Part shown: piece by piece, positions 25,753-39,206 of the stretch
Numbering within the stretch: the stretch's first letter is position 1
Layout of the letters: each line of letters begins with the position of its first letter
Assembly: GCF_006345805.1 (NCBI RefSeq)
Contig: NC_042998.1
Location: 53,072,001 to 53,136,000, forward strand
Direction of reading: 5' to 3'
From: Octopus sinensis
Taxonomy: Eukaryota
Length of the DNA stretch: 64,000 nt
Notes under the pieces: model-generated
What the model saw: the letters and a program-made list of their open reading frames with translations, nothing else
Told to the model about the DNA's origin: nothing
Database searches by the model: none
Translations under genes and position numbers: made by a program

Positions 25753-26151
25753 GGCGCAGGAGTGGCTGTGTGGTAAGTAGCTTGCTTACAAACCACATGG
25801 CTCCGGGTTCAGTCCCACTGCATGGCACCTTGGGCAAGTGTCTTCTACTATAGCCTTGAGTCAACCAAAATCTTGTGAGTGGATTTGGTAGACGGAAACT
25901 GAAAGAAGCCTGTCGTATATATGTATATGTATATATATATTTGTGTGTGTCTGTGTCTGTGTTTGTACCCCCCAACATCACTTGACAACCGATGCTGGTG
26001 TGTTTATGTTCCTGTAACCTAGCAGTTCGGCAAAAGAAGCCAGTAGAATAAGTACTAGGCTTACAAAGAATAAGTCCTAGGGTTGATTTGCTTGACTACA
26101 GGCGATGCTCCAGCATGGCCACAGTCAAACGACTGAAACAAGTAAAAGAGT
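25753..26151 (+). mobile_element. SINE family A (full length)
   Basis: As 25100-25500; AGAATA on both flanks is a possible TSD. Confidence 0.9.
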
Positions 26152-26369
26152 ATAGAATAGAATTTTAGAAACATGGAGTGAAATGTCTTGACTAAGGGCA
26201 CAATTGACAATTCAATTTGAGAATTGAACCCATAACACTCTGACTGGAAATCCAGCAGCTTGGTTATTAAGCCATGTGATTTCAATATCTAATAATATGT
26301 TTATATAGTTTAAATTTAACAGCTAAGATGGTTAATATAAATGAAGCATGATATTTTGAATTTTCTTTT

Positions 26370-26665
26370 CAACTGTTGGGCCTCACAGAGGCAACGATAA
26401 ATGACTGAGACCTTTGGCATTGTGCTGTGCTCAAGAAGATGACCCATCAAGCCAAGTGAAATTGTTGTCATAGCAGATACTGGTGTCACACAACTGGCAC
26501 CCATGCCAGTCACATGTAAAAGTACCCATTACATTCTTGGAGTGGTTGGTGTTAAGAAGGGCATCCAGCGTAAGAAATCATGCTAAATCAGACTAGAGTC
26601 TGGTACAGCCTTCCAGTTTACCAACCCTGGTCAAACCAGCCAGCATGGACCATGGACTGATGATA
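26370..26665 (+). mobile_element. family D retroposon fragment
   Basis: GAAGATGACCCATCAAGCCAAGTGAAA...GGAGTGGTTGGTGTTAAGAAGGGCATCCAGC. Confidence 0.65.
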
Positions 26666-26682
26666 TGACACTCAGTCAGTTA

Positions 26683-26990
26683 TGATGATGAGTGTTCCAG
26701 TTGATCTAATCAACAGAATAACCTACTCATGAAATCAATGTGCAACTGGCTGAGTACTCCACAGACACGTGTGCCCTTAACGTACTTCTCAGGGAGATTC
26801 AGCATGACATAGAATGTGGCAAGTATAGCCTTTTGACTCACAGGTACTTTTCATTTTTGCCAGCCGAGTGGACTGGAGCAACATGAAATAAAGTGTCTTG
26901 CTCAAAGATACAACACAACACCAGGAATCGAACTCAAGACTTCATTGATTATCAGCTGAATACCCTAACCACAAAACCACATGCTTTCAC
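26683..26990 (-). mobile_element. SINE with family-B-type head and alternative tail
   Basis: Plus strand GAGTGGACTGGAGCAACATGAAATAAAGTGTCTTGCTCAA...CCAGGAATCGAACTC...CCCTAACCAC; body differs from family B; (CAT)n end. Confidence 0.7.
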
Positions 26991-29344
26991 ATATACATCA
27001 TATGAATATAAAACTTAGAAAGAAAAGGAAATAGACACTTTGACAGTCTTCCATTTATCACATTTTGATCAGCCATGTTATAAATTAGCCCACAGAATGG
27101 CAGCTGTTTCTCTTTGTCAAAATTAGGCTATACATATTATACTGGTATAATATGATATTCCGTTATCTCACAGATACCTTGTAATTCATTTAGCCTATAG
27201 CAGATAAACTATTCTTTTACTATCTAACTTCATTAAGTATTAGATTTCCATTCAATATTATTCTGAGAATTAACCCTAAGGGTATGAATACTTGTAAATT
27301 AATAGTGAAAATTTTTCATTTGACTGATATATGAAAATATTAGCACTAATATCAGGCATCATCTTTACATATAAAAGGCCAAGTCGTGTGTTATCATATT
27401 TTCTTTGTTGGTCTTAAAGAATTGTTGTATAGGAATATAGGAGGAAGAAGTAGTAGCTGTACTGAGACAAGCAGAAGACAGAAAAAGAAAGTATTATAAA
27501 AAGATAAGAATTAGATAGATATATGAATAAATAAGTTGAAAATCTACAGAGTGAGATTAAAGAAATAGGAAAAAGTTACCAACAGTTAGATGAGCATTGA
27601 AATACAGAAAGAAAGAGTGAGGATGTAAGGGATAATATTATTAAGTAATAAAGTAAGAGAAAAATAACTGGAAAGAAGAAACTTAGAGCTCAACAGTGGA
27701 GGGAAGAAATTAGAAAGGTTATCTGATAGAGAGTATAGAGAGTGAATAAATGATAGAGAAAATGACAGAGAAAGAGAGAAGGAAAACTGAGAATGACATT
27801 GAAATTTAGTGGGAGGAATGAAATAATAGGAGATAGATTTTGACTCACAATGGTAAGACAGACTTATAAGAAATAATAAAATATGTGAACAAATTAGTGA
27901 GAAAAAGAGTGTAAGAATAAAAAAGTATAATTTTGAATGAAAATATCTGGTAATTGCAAGCCAAACAGTCCTGCAGAAACTGATCAAGTTGGAACTTGAA
28001 AAAGAAGACAAAGATATATCAAGAAGTGAATGTTCTCCATGAACTGGAGAGAAATGCTGCAAACCAACAAGAAGCACAGAAAGCAACAGATGTAAGGATT
28101 GAGATAAAAAGTATTAAAATAACTGAAAGAAGACAAAATGAAAAAGATGAAGAAAACAGAGCAATGCTTGAAACAGAATAATTATGAAAGGAGGCAAAAA
28201 TAAACCATCATTTTTGACGAGTATAACACAAATACAGAAAAAGTAAGTAAACGGAGATTCATTGTTTTCTATGATAAATATTCAGTTATTTGATCAAATG
28301 AGAAGCTCTTCCTTAAATTAGCTTGCAAATGGCTGAATATTGCAGAAACATGTGTACCCATAACTTAATTCTCTGGCAGAATCAACATCATAATGTGTGA
28401 CAAGATTATTAAGCTTTAGAATGTATAAACACACAAAAATACATACACATGCATGTATACCCAAGTAAAAGTCAGTTTTATGTAAATGTCAGCATCTTCG
28501 TATTTGGTTAAAACATCTGGAATTTCTAAGATACTGAGAATAGTTTACCACAATTGTTCATCAAGGAATAACAGATCGATATTTGCTGGTATTATCTTAC
28601 ATGTAAGTATTAAGAATCTAAATCTTTTTTGTTGATACTGTTATGTTTCCATGTACAACAGTGAAACACCATCAGATATCTCAAGTTCATTGAGAAAAGG
28701 AGTAATAATCAAGATATGCACACATACACAGATTCATCATCTTGTATCATTATTTTAATATCTGTTTTCCCATGCTTGCATGGGTCAGACAAGATCTTAT
28801 TGAAGTCCATTTTTGGCTGAATGCTCTTTCTGTAGTCAGTCCTCACTTGTTTCCAAGCAAGGTAGTAATTCCTTTAGTCTGTCCTACAATGAACAGCCTG
28901 GACATGCTTTTGTAGATGGTAGTAGACAAAGGACACCATATGTATGAATAATAAACTGAAAGATCATAGCAGTTGATTATAGATCTACTCAGCCAAAGCT
29001 AATCTGGGGATAATCATGTCATCTTTAAAAAATAACAAACTTACTAATGTAGAACTCGATAAATTAGATAAATTATGTCTGAATTCAAAACAGGATGGTC
29101 ATGGCTAGAATGTCTTTAACTACACAGAATTGCTGAATTAAAACTGATCTGGGCTTAAACCACAACCTCAGTAGAATTACTGAGTCTAGATTTAAAGAAA
29201 TAAATGACAGTTCAGATAATCTATGATACATGTAAGGTCTTTCTTTTAGTTAAATTCTTCCAAGTAGTAAAATTAAACATTACAAATACCACTATCATGA
29301 TGAATTGTTATATATAAATATATATCTCATTATCATATCAGACA

Positions 29345-29772
29345 AAATACTGTTAAGCATTTCTTCTGACTATTTATGTTCTGAGTTCAAATCCTACCAC
29401 AGTTGACTTTGCCTTTCATTTATTCTGGGTCAGTAAAATAAATCACAGTCAAGCACTGGTGTTAATGCAACTGACTTAACCCTTCTTTCTAAAAATTGCT
29501 GGCCTTGTGCCATAACTTAAAACCCTTATTAAGGTTATCATTAAGGCTGCAAGATGGCAGAATTGTTAGCATGTCGGGCAAAATGCTTAGTGGCATTTCT
29601 TCCAACTCTACATTCAAACTCAGCCAAAATTGACTTAGCCTTTAATCCATTTTTCTTGGGGTAGGGGTGGGGGGGAAAGCTGAGATAAAACGAAGTGCTA
29701 GTCATGTACTGGGGTTGAAGAAATTAATTTACCACCTTCCCTGAAATTGCTGGCCTTGTGCTAAAATTTGAA
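29345..29772 (+). mobile_element. two tandem diverged SINE family C copies
   Basis: TTCTGAGTTCAAATCC...GACTTTGCCTTTCAT...AAATTGCTGGCCTTGTGC, twice. Confidence 0.7.
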
Positions 29773-30124
29773 ACCACCACCACCACCACCATCATCATCA
29801 TTTTATATTCATTTTCCATGCTGGCATGGGTTGTATGGGTTGTCACAACCATATATTTGCGGAAACGAGATTTAGTCAGCTGATTCAACACCAATATATG
29901 ATTAATATTTATTTCATCAACATCCCCATGTAGATGAAAGGTTCAGGCAACCCTGGAAGTATCTGAACTTTAAACAGAAATCACTATAAATAAATATTAC
30001 ATATGGCAAGGCACTTAGTTTGGATCCTCTGCTGTTTTGTGCCAAGACAATTACACATGACACTTGACAGCTAGAGATAAATGAAGAAAAATGCAAACTC
30101 ACACATACAAACACAGACACATAC

Positions 30125-30164
<40 letters not shown>

Positions 30165-30480
30165 ATATATATATATATATATACATACATGTATATGTGT
30201 GTACATGTATATAAATATATATATATACGTTGCAAACATAATTCAGTATAGTTGTAGCAGGATGAAAATATATAGATGAGAATGCTGATGCTGGTAATAA
30301 TTGTATGGGGGCAATGATGATGATGTTGATAATGATGATCAATATCAAGGGGAAGCTAATGATTATGACACATGCCTTCATTTACAAACACAATGACATA
30401 CACACACATATAAAAGAGGCATGTGTATATAAATATGAACACGCATATATGCACACACACATAAATGAAGCATGTGTATG

Positions 30481-30519
<39 letters not shown>

Positions 30520-30897
30520 ATCTGTATATATATATATCTGTATGTATATATATATATATGCCAACAACTTTAAAGAAGCTTCAAATGGCAGGCCTACAAT
30601 CGAATATGAAAAACAAAAACAAAAAAAAAAACGACCAAACAAAGGAAGCAATTTAAGTTAGAATTTGTTAGCATATGAAAAACAATTCCAATGTTCCGTG
30701 TCCCACCATCATCACTGATGAAGTTTGTGCCAAACAATAAATCAAATTCATATAGCAGAGACACCAGTGGAGTCTGAATCTACCAATATGTCAAAGTAAG
30801 TCAAGATAAAAATAAATAATCAATGCGATGCTGCTAGATTTTTCTTAAGATGCTGTTACAGATTGCCACTTAAAAAAAATTCAGTAAATACAATATT

Positions 30898-31434
30898 CAC
30901 ACATACGCACACACACACACACACATGCATACAGACACATATATGCATACACATAAATATGCATACATATATATATATGCACACATTTACAGATTTGCAC
31001 AAATGCACACACACGTACAAAAATAAATATGCACATACATTCACACACACTCATGCATGCATACACATTTACACACATGCATACACACACATATGCATGC
31101 ACATAAATATGCATATGCATATGCACACATTTACACATATTTGCACAAGCACACATATGTAACGATAAATATGCATATATACAGAGATACATGTTTACAC
31201 TTATTCTCAAACACAAGCACACACATACACACATGTACAAAGCTAAATATGCACATACACACACACGCATTCACAAACATTCACACACATACACACACAC
31301 ATTTACACACATGCATGCACACACTCTTGTACACACATAAATATGCACTTTCATATTGTTACATTTGCACATATTCACACAAACACATACATACATACAA
31401 AGATAAATACAAACACACACACACACACACACAC
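30898..31434. repeat. degenerate (CA/TA)-rich simple repeat
   Basis: Direct inspection; source of His/Thr-rich ORFs. Confidence 0.85.
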
Positions 31435-32465
31435 TGTGTTTCTTATTTTATCTTCTTTTTCAGCTTCTTTGCTTCATCTTCCTTAATTTTCTTACACACT
31501 TTGTTCACTCATATAACAATACTACTGTCTGACTCTGTGTGTCTCTCTCTCTCTTATGCATATCCATCCATCTCTTACACACTGTCACATCCACTATTAC
31601 ATCAAAATCTACAAACATACAAATATGTCTACATTTGTTGATCATTGTGTATGTATGTGTGCGTGTGTGTCTGTGTCTGTGAATGTAATTAGTTATAAAT
31701 ATGCATAAATATGCACATAAGCTTACTACAATGGAATATCTTATCTATGACTTTCAGCAAATTCTTCTCTTAATCTGTAATTGATGTTCCCCTGCTTATA
31801 ATGCTTATAATTCTGTTAATATTTAATAAACGTGTCATGAAATCTGTGCTCATTGGATGCACAGAGGAAGATTACTTTCTTTTGATCTGGAGTCTTCGAG
31901 TCTTAGTTTAGCTCTGCAGCATAGCGCAGACACTTCTTTGAGATTATATCTGTATAAAGTATATGGATTCATTACTTTCCTTGATGGATTTTTCTTGTAT
32001 GCTAACAAGAATCGCTTTTCATTACAAGGTTTTATGTTATTATTGTTGTTCTCTATATTATCATAATGTGCCGGTTAAAGTTAGAGTTAGCTCATCAAAT
32101 ACTAGGGAATTAACTAAAACCTCCATACAATATACATCCTTCATCTTTGCCTCCCCATCCTCCTCCTCATCATCATCATCATCCTTGTCATCAATTTAGT
32201 GTCTACTTTCACTATACTAGTGGTGGTTGAATAGATCAGAAACACGACATATCTTATCTTGCTTCTACATTCATTATCTCTGTGAGAGCCAGTATTCTCA
32301 GGTTTTACCAAATCAGTTTAGTCTAGGTCATTCATATGGAAACTACAACCCATGGGACTTTCTAAATGGTATGCCTAATGAAAAATTATTTTCTATCTTT
32401 TTAGTGGTGCAGCCCATCTGATGATGAGCCATGTCTCATGCAGCCTGTTTCTTGATAATAAGCTA

Positions 32466-33092
32466 GATGCAGGTAAGGCTGTGTGGTAAGAATCTTGTTT
32501 CCCAGCTACATGATCCCAGGCTAAGCCTTATTGCATGGCACCTTGGGCAAGTGTCTTCCACTGTAGCCTCAGGCCAACCAAAGCTCTGTGAGTGGATTTG
32601 GTAGGTGGAAACTGAAAGAAGCCCATCGTATGTATAAGTTTCTGTGTGTGTTTGTCTTTGCAACTGCATTGATCCTCCACCACCAGTTGACAACCAGTAT
32701 TGGTTTGTTTACATCTCCATAACTTAACAGTTTGGCAAAAAAAGACCAATAGAATAAGTACCAGGCTTTAACCCTTTAGTATCTAAACCGGCCATATCCA
32801 GCCAAAATATTTAATCTGTTTTATGTTCAAACTGACCAGATCTAGGCTCTCACACCTACCCGAAAATGTTATTCTACATTAAGTAGTTACACCATCAAGA
32901 TCTTGAAGATATGGGATAATGCATGATCAATTCAAATCAATGTGAATCAGTAAGTATTATGTTTGATAGAATAATATGAACATTAAAGGGTTAAAAAAAA
33001 TATATAGGTACTGGGGTTGATTCATTCAATCAAAAGTTTCTCAAGACAGTGCCCCAGCATGACCACAGTCAAATGACTGAAACAAATAAAAG
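32466..33092 (+). mobile_element. SINE family A interrupted by a MITE
   Basis: SINE stops at AATAAGTACCAGGCT (32767) and resumes after 32994 with GTACTGGGGTTGATTC. Confidence 0.85.
32772..32990. mobile_element. piggyBac-type MITE family F, TTAA TSD
   Basis: TTAA(32768-71)-CCCTTTAG ... TTAAAGGG-TTAA(32991-94). Confidence 0.85.
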
Positions 33093-33296
33093 ATGCTTCA
33101 TCTTGGCATTGTTTGTTTACATTTACTACAGTTGTCTTACATCCACAGTGAATACATTTTTCAACCAGACTGTACAGTTATGCTTTGCAAGAACATCTGA
33201 TACTTTATTCTTGCTTAACCATTGCTGGTTTTAAAAAAAGATTAACTTGTTAACCATGATAGAATTCAACACTAGAGCAGTAAACAACTTATATTC

Positions 33297-33511
33297 GTTT
33301 CTTCTCTAGGCACAAGGCCCGAAAGTTTTTTGGGGAGCAGGGCCAGTCGATTAGATTGACCCCAATTCGCAACTGGTACTTAATTCATTGACCCCCAAAA
33401 GGATGAAAGGCAAAGTCGACCTCAGCGGAATTTTAACTCAGAATATAAAGGCAGACGAAATACCGCTAAGCATTTCGCCCAGCATGCTAACGTTTCTGCC
33501 AGCTCGCTGCC
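33297..33511 (-). mobile_element. SINE family C
   Basis: Minus head GGCAGCGAGCTGGCAGAAACGTTAGC; core GTCGACTTTGCCTTTCATCC. Confidence 0.85.
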
Positions 33512-33835
33512 TTATATTATTATTATCTCTTTGCATACTTAGTTCAAATCTTGTCAGGGTTAACTTTGCCATTCATTCTTTTAGGGCCAATAAAATAACA
33601 TACCAGCTGATATAATCACCTATATTCTCTCCAAGATGTATTGCTTGGTACCTATACTATAAATCATTATCATTCCTAGCATTCTATATACAGGGTGCAT
33701 TCCAGAGGTTTTGAGATTTTTTTAGGAGAACCCAAGATGATTGTGATTTTAGTATATCATTACTATACATCTAATAAGCTGATGTGCTAACTTTTGTTAT
33801 TCCAGATACAAGGGGTGAGTTGTGAAAGCACTTTG

Positions 33836-34262
33836 AACTTGTTCCACCAGGGTTTGCAGGACATCCTCATCAACCTCTGCAGATCTTCCCGGACAACACT
33901 CATTTTCTAGGCTATAGTTTCTGGCTCAGAACTTCTGGAACCACCGTTAACACTGGCTTACACTCATTGTTCAATCCCCATACACTGCATTATTATTCCT
34001 CACACTTTCCATGGCATTGTTGCCTTTATTGAGCTCATAAAGCTAAATATGCCAAATATGCTCCTTTGTGGCTTCCATTATAGCTTTGAAAAAATAACTG
34101 TTTAAATCGAACTGCACTCTTCAAAACTTGCACTAAGAATAAGGAAAGTAAAATTACTACTTGCTTTTATAGCAAGTTGATGCAGGTAGTTTATCTCATC
34201 CCATTCTGACTTTTAGTTCATGCAATTGAAAAAAACCGCATTATTTATGGGATGATCCAATA
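33836..34262 (-). pseudogene. mariner 5' end: TIR plus N-terminal HTH of the transposase
   Basis: TIR-like TATTGGATCATCCCATAAATAATGCGGTTTTT; ATG at 34078: MEATKEHIWHI*LYELNKGNNAMESVRNNNAVYGD*TMSVSQC*RWFQKF*ARNYSLENECCPGRSAEVDEDVLQTLVEQ. Confidence 0.85.
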
Positions 34263-35536
34263 TAAAAATTTTCAAAACTGAAACATGAAGAGAATTCTAC
34301 TCTCAATTCATAGGTCATTTATAAGGTTAAGTAGAACTGAGAACTACATTAAAAGATTTTCTTTCTAAAACTCCCTTATTTTTGTTCATATCTTTTCTAG
34401 ACCTTACATCATGATATTTTCTCACCTATCTCCACATGTGATCAATACATAATATCACATTAACCACAATTTAATCTCTTAGTTCCACAAAAGCTGAAGT
34501 GAAATTATGGTCTGAGCTTCTTTTTTTCTGTGAATGAATACAAATAGGAACACACAGAATGATCTACTAAAAACTTCAAAGCAATTACACCACAGTCTCC
34601 ATTAAAATAATTGACTGACGAATTACGATGTCTTAAAAGATTAAAATGCTTGCTCAATATCATTAGAGAGTCTTTATCAAATCTATGGCATTTTCAGTAA
34701 AATTCTAAATATATCAGTAACATTTTCCTATTATGATTCGAACTACTTAACTACACTGCATGAGGGAGAAGTATTCAGCTATAGTGGTAATAATCTCTGA
34801 AATGATACAGTTAGAAGAATTATCTAATATTGCTTTGTTTTATTCAACAGATATTTAATACCTGAGATACATGAAGAATTATCTCATTGTTTTGGTTATA
34901 AAGCAAATGATATTATAGAGAACTTAATTGTCTTCTTCTGCAGGAAAACTTCAATATAAAACCATTACCATTAGTAGAATTACACCAACATCACAATTCT
35001 TCTTTCATTACTATCACTACTGCACCATTGACAGCAACATCACTGATAACATTATTCCTGTCAATATATCACTAATTCTACAACCAGTAAACTAATTATG
35101 CTACCAATAACTCTGCTGCGTTTACGACCAAAACCACAGCTCTGTAGATTACTGATACCACATAAGATTTTGCCAAGCTTTTCAACATTATTTTGCTACA
35201 ATTAATCTCTTTTGCTAAATTTAGAAGAAAGATATTTAGTACGCTGGAAAAGTAAATTCCAGCTAATGTCGTCCACTCCAATACATATATTTGTAAATGC
35301 AGAAACATAGATGTATAAGCACAAGACAGAATTTTATAGTTCTTTTAGTTTTCTCCTCACAAAGGAGGTGAAACCTCCAGCAACATAAAAATCAATTGTT
35401 AAGACCTGTAAATATTAGATGTGAGTGCCACAACAGAAAACTATATTGCTACATAAATAATGTAAGGTTGTATTTCTCATGGAACTGCGGAGGGTTGTGA
35501 GGATTGAAACGGAAGCAGACAAATTGACATGTTTAA

Positions 35537-35756
35537 CTCTTTGGCATTCGTATTACTCTGGTAAAATATAATGTTTATTTTTACTCATTGTTTTGAGTTA
35601 ATCATGCATTATCTCAGAGCTTCAAGATTTTGATGATGCAATTGTTTATTTTAGAATGACATTGTAGGGTAGCTGTGAGGAGTCAGATCTGGCTGGTTTA
35701 AACATATAACAGGGAGAATATATGGGCAAGAAATGGCCAGCTTAAATGCTAAGGGA
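35537..35756. mobile_element. MITE family F (reverse orientation)
   Basis: TTAA-CTCTTTGGCATTC ... AATGCTAAGGGA-TTAA. Confidence 0.75.
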
Positions 35757-35974
35757 TTAATAAAATTAAAATGGTGTTGCGCTTAATAAACTTGTCCAAC
35801 TCCATGACAAAGAAACAAAAATTATAATGATTCAAATTCTGTTTTGTCTTCAAATTAGCAAAATAATCATAGCAGGGTAGAAAAATTTTGCTAATAAAAC
35901 AATAAAAAAAAAAGATGCAAGCTGGCTGGATTGTTAGTGAGTCAGACAAAAAAACTTAATGGCATTTCTTTTAA

Positions 35975-36336
35975 GTGTGGTAAAATGTTTGCTTCCTAAC
36001 CACGTGGTTCTGAGTTCAGTCCCACTGTACAGCACCCTGGGCAGGTGTCTTTTATTATAGGCTCAGGCTGACCAAATCCTTGTGAGTGGATTTGGTACAT
36101 AGAAACTGAAAGAAGCCCATCATATGTGTGTGTGTGTGTGTTTGTCCTCCACCACTGCTTGACAAACTGTGTTGTGTTTACATCTCCATAACTTAGTGGT
36201 TCAGCAAAAAATACTGATAGAATAAGACTTTAAAGAATATAAGCACTGCAGTCAACTCATTTGGCTAAAACTTCTTCGAGGTAGTGTTCCAGCATGGCTG
36301 CAGTCTGATCATGGAAACAAGTAAAAGATAAAAGAT
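35975..36336 (+). mobile_element. SINE family A
   Basis: Head, (TG)n centre and tail recognisable. Confidence 0.85.
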
Positions 36337-38029
36337 AATTTTACATTATTTATTTAATTTTGATGGTGGGTGCCTGGTATTTATTAGTATGAAAGCTACT
36401 TCACTGAAACAAATTAACAGCACAGGTCTCATTTCTTGGAGGAACTGAACTTAGCACATTGGCAGGGTGTCAGCACTAAGCTGTAAGGTGTATAAAGACA
36501 AGGTCAATACCATTTTAAAGACACTCTGGGTACCATGAGAAATATTTTTTTCCATGACAAAACACAGTGAATGGCTTTCTTGTGGGTTCAAATAAGCCCC
36601 AAGCATATTTAAACTGGTAATAACCTAGTACATTGAATGGAGGCAACCTAGTACATTTCTTAAGTTCATATACTGTGAATGATGCCTACAGTAACTATAC
36701 ACCATTAACTGGACTGTCTGAGAGTTAAATGTCCAAGTATAGACACAGTCCAACATACATAACATGATATAAATCTCTAAACTTTGGTCTGGTGATGTAA
36801 CAGCTTTTAAACTGCCTGTTTCATCACTACATCTATAAACAGTTATCCTTTTATTTATATACACTTTTCCTCCTTTTTGATTTTATATGCTGATTATTAA
36901 GAGTCATGATAATTAAGCAAATTAACTAATGGACTTCTGATATAAATCATACCAATTATATTACTTAGCATCCTAAATTAATTAGCCTTACTGAATTTAC
37001 TTCAAACCAAGCTGAAATTCAGATAGTAGCTTCATCTTATAGTTATAATAGTAATGTTACAGAAGGATATATCTATCTGGAAATTACATGCTTCAATAAA
37101 TTATACAGTAGGTTAAGTTTTCAGAATCATTAAATCCAGGCACACAAAGAAAACAAATACAAAATGTAAAAAAAAAAGGTACCAAAAGGAAAAAAAGAAA
37201 TGAATTAAAAACAGTCTTGAAACTTTTTTTCATTAATCTTTGTATTTATTGATCAAGAATGGGTCCAAAACAGCTGCTTATACTGTTTTACCATATTCCT
37301 TTATATTTCAAACAGTTTCTTTTCTTGTCTTTGACATTAGCTTGTAATTAACTTTCACTAAGATATTGATTTAGCGTTTCTCTTGTGAAACACAGAAAAG
37401 GCAACCAAAAACCAAAATCAAATTAAATTACAAAAGATAAATGTATATTCAAAAGACAAAATAAAGAATAAGAGAACAAGGAACGAAAGAAAGAATTGGA
37501 AAGATACATGAATAAAAATTGAATAAAAAAATATATATGTTCAACTGTAGTAACAAGAACTAGAATGACAATGAAAAGAGGAACTAGAAGAAAAAGTTAA
37601 AAAAAAAAGACACAAACAAATAAGTTTTAATGTATTCATTTAAGAACAAATTTGGATTTTCACTTTGAACGCTAATTAGAACTAAGAAAAAAAATGATAA
37701 AAATACACTAATGAGAGAAAAGAGATAAATAAACTGGGGGAGAAAGATTAAAGAATTAAAATGAGAAAAGAGAAAGAATATAGTAGTGAAGTACATACAG
37801 AATATATTTGTGTAAAATAAAAAAAGAGCAGAGACAGAACTTGTTGAATATTTGTTGGAGAAACAACAGTAAATGCTGGAGATAAAACAGGAAGGGAATA
37901 AAATGTGTGCATTTGTATAATTTTATATATGTGTGTGTGTGTGTATATATATATGTGTGTGTGTGTGTATGTGCCTGTGTAGCATAAGTGTGTGTGTGTT
38001 AAAATGAAAATCAAATGGAAATTGTAGTT

Positions 38030-38357
38030 AAGATACCCGTGCTGGTGACACGTTAAAAGCACCATCCGAACGTGGCAGATGCCAGTGCCGCCTGACTGGC
38101 ATCCATGTCGGTGACACGTGAAAGCACCAACCGATCGTGGCTGTTTGCCAGCCTCCTCTGGGCCCTGTGCCGGTGGAACGTAAAAAGCACCCACCACACT
38201 CACAGAGAGGTTGGCGTAAGGAAGGGCATCCAGCTGTAGAAACACTGCTAGAGCAGACTGGAGCCTGGTGCAGCCTCCCGGCTTCCCAGACCCTAGTTGA
38301 ACTGTCCAACCCATGCTAGCATGGAAAACGGACGTTAAGCGATGATGATGATGATGC
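38030..38357 (+). mobile_element. family D retroposon (young, CpG-rich)
   Basis: Three ~60-bp subrepeats (G(T/C)CGGTGACACGTNAAAGCACC), then RTE-like tail ending GGACGTTAAGC(GAT)n. Confidence 0.85.
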
Positions 38358-38719
38358 GTATAAGCACTCATACTCTTACACCTCTCTCTCTCACTATCCC
38401 AATAAAGATATATTAATTTTTTCTATGTAATACCAAAGATTAAAACAGACAAACATTAACACATATTTAAGAGATGCATGGGATATATTTTTACAAAATC
38501 ACAGCAAAACTTTGCAATCACTTTCAACCTTTATCTTGTGAGTATACACACACATACACAAATATAAAAGGGAGATGAACACCATTCCTCTATGTGATTG
38601 GCTTGAAAAATTGTTAAGATAAGATATTTTTCTTAACATGAAACCAATATATATATATATATATATATACACAGAAATACAGATACATGCACACAGATAA
38701 ATGCATGCATACATACATA

Positions 38720-39060
38720 TCCAGAGGAAGAACTTTCCTGATGTATACATCAAAGGCATGTCAGAAACAGAAGGTATTCACACCTCTAAAAACAAGGAAT
38801 ACTGGTGGAATACCCCAATAAAAACATCAGTTCGGTGCAAACAAAACAGACTTGATATTGTTCTGTGGGACAGGAAACAAAACTTATGCACTGTTGTAGA
38901 GGTCAGCTGCCCAATAGATGTCAAAATACAATCAAAAGTCCAGGAAAAAGAGCACATTTACGGTGAATTAATGAAGAACTTACAGCTCTTGTACTTTGAC
39001 TGTGAATTTGTACTTATCATGATAGGTGCATTAGGCTATGTACCAACAAATTTGGTACAT
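38720..39060 (+). pseudogene. non-LTR retrotransposon (R4/Dong/NeSL-type) restriction-like endonuclease fragment
   Basis: YWWNTPIKTSVRCKQNRLDIVLWDRKQNLCTVVEVSCPIDVKIQSKVQEKEHIYGELMKNLQLLY..VLIMIGALGYVP matches the RLE pattern NRPDI...IEVSCP.D...KE.KY..L...PVVIGALG. Confidence 0.85.
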
Positions 39061-39206
39061 ATTCTGGGTTCAAATGCTGCCAGAGGCGACTTTGTCTTTT
39101 ATCATTTCAGTGCCAGTAAAATAAGTACCAGTTGAGTACTGGGGTTGATGTAATCAACTTAGCCCCTCCTACAAATTGCTGGCCTTGTGCCAAAATTCGA
39201 AACCAA
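39061..39206 (+). mobile_element. SINE family C (5'-truncated) abutting the RLE fragment
   Basis: TTCTGGGTTCAAATGCTGCC...AAATAAGTACCAGTTGAGTACTGGGGTTGATG...GGCCTTGTGCCAAAATTCGAAACC. Confidence 0.8.

Noticed and set aside
30714-30745. CTGATGA followed by a short hairpin (hammerhead candidate)
   Set aside because: No GAAA box or helix III/UH follows
31850-31950. Possible minus-strand exon (DIISKKCLRYAAELN*)
   Set aside because: Modest acceptor, very short, no partner exon or recognisable homology
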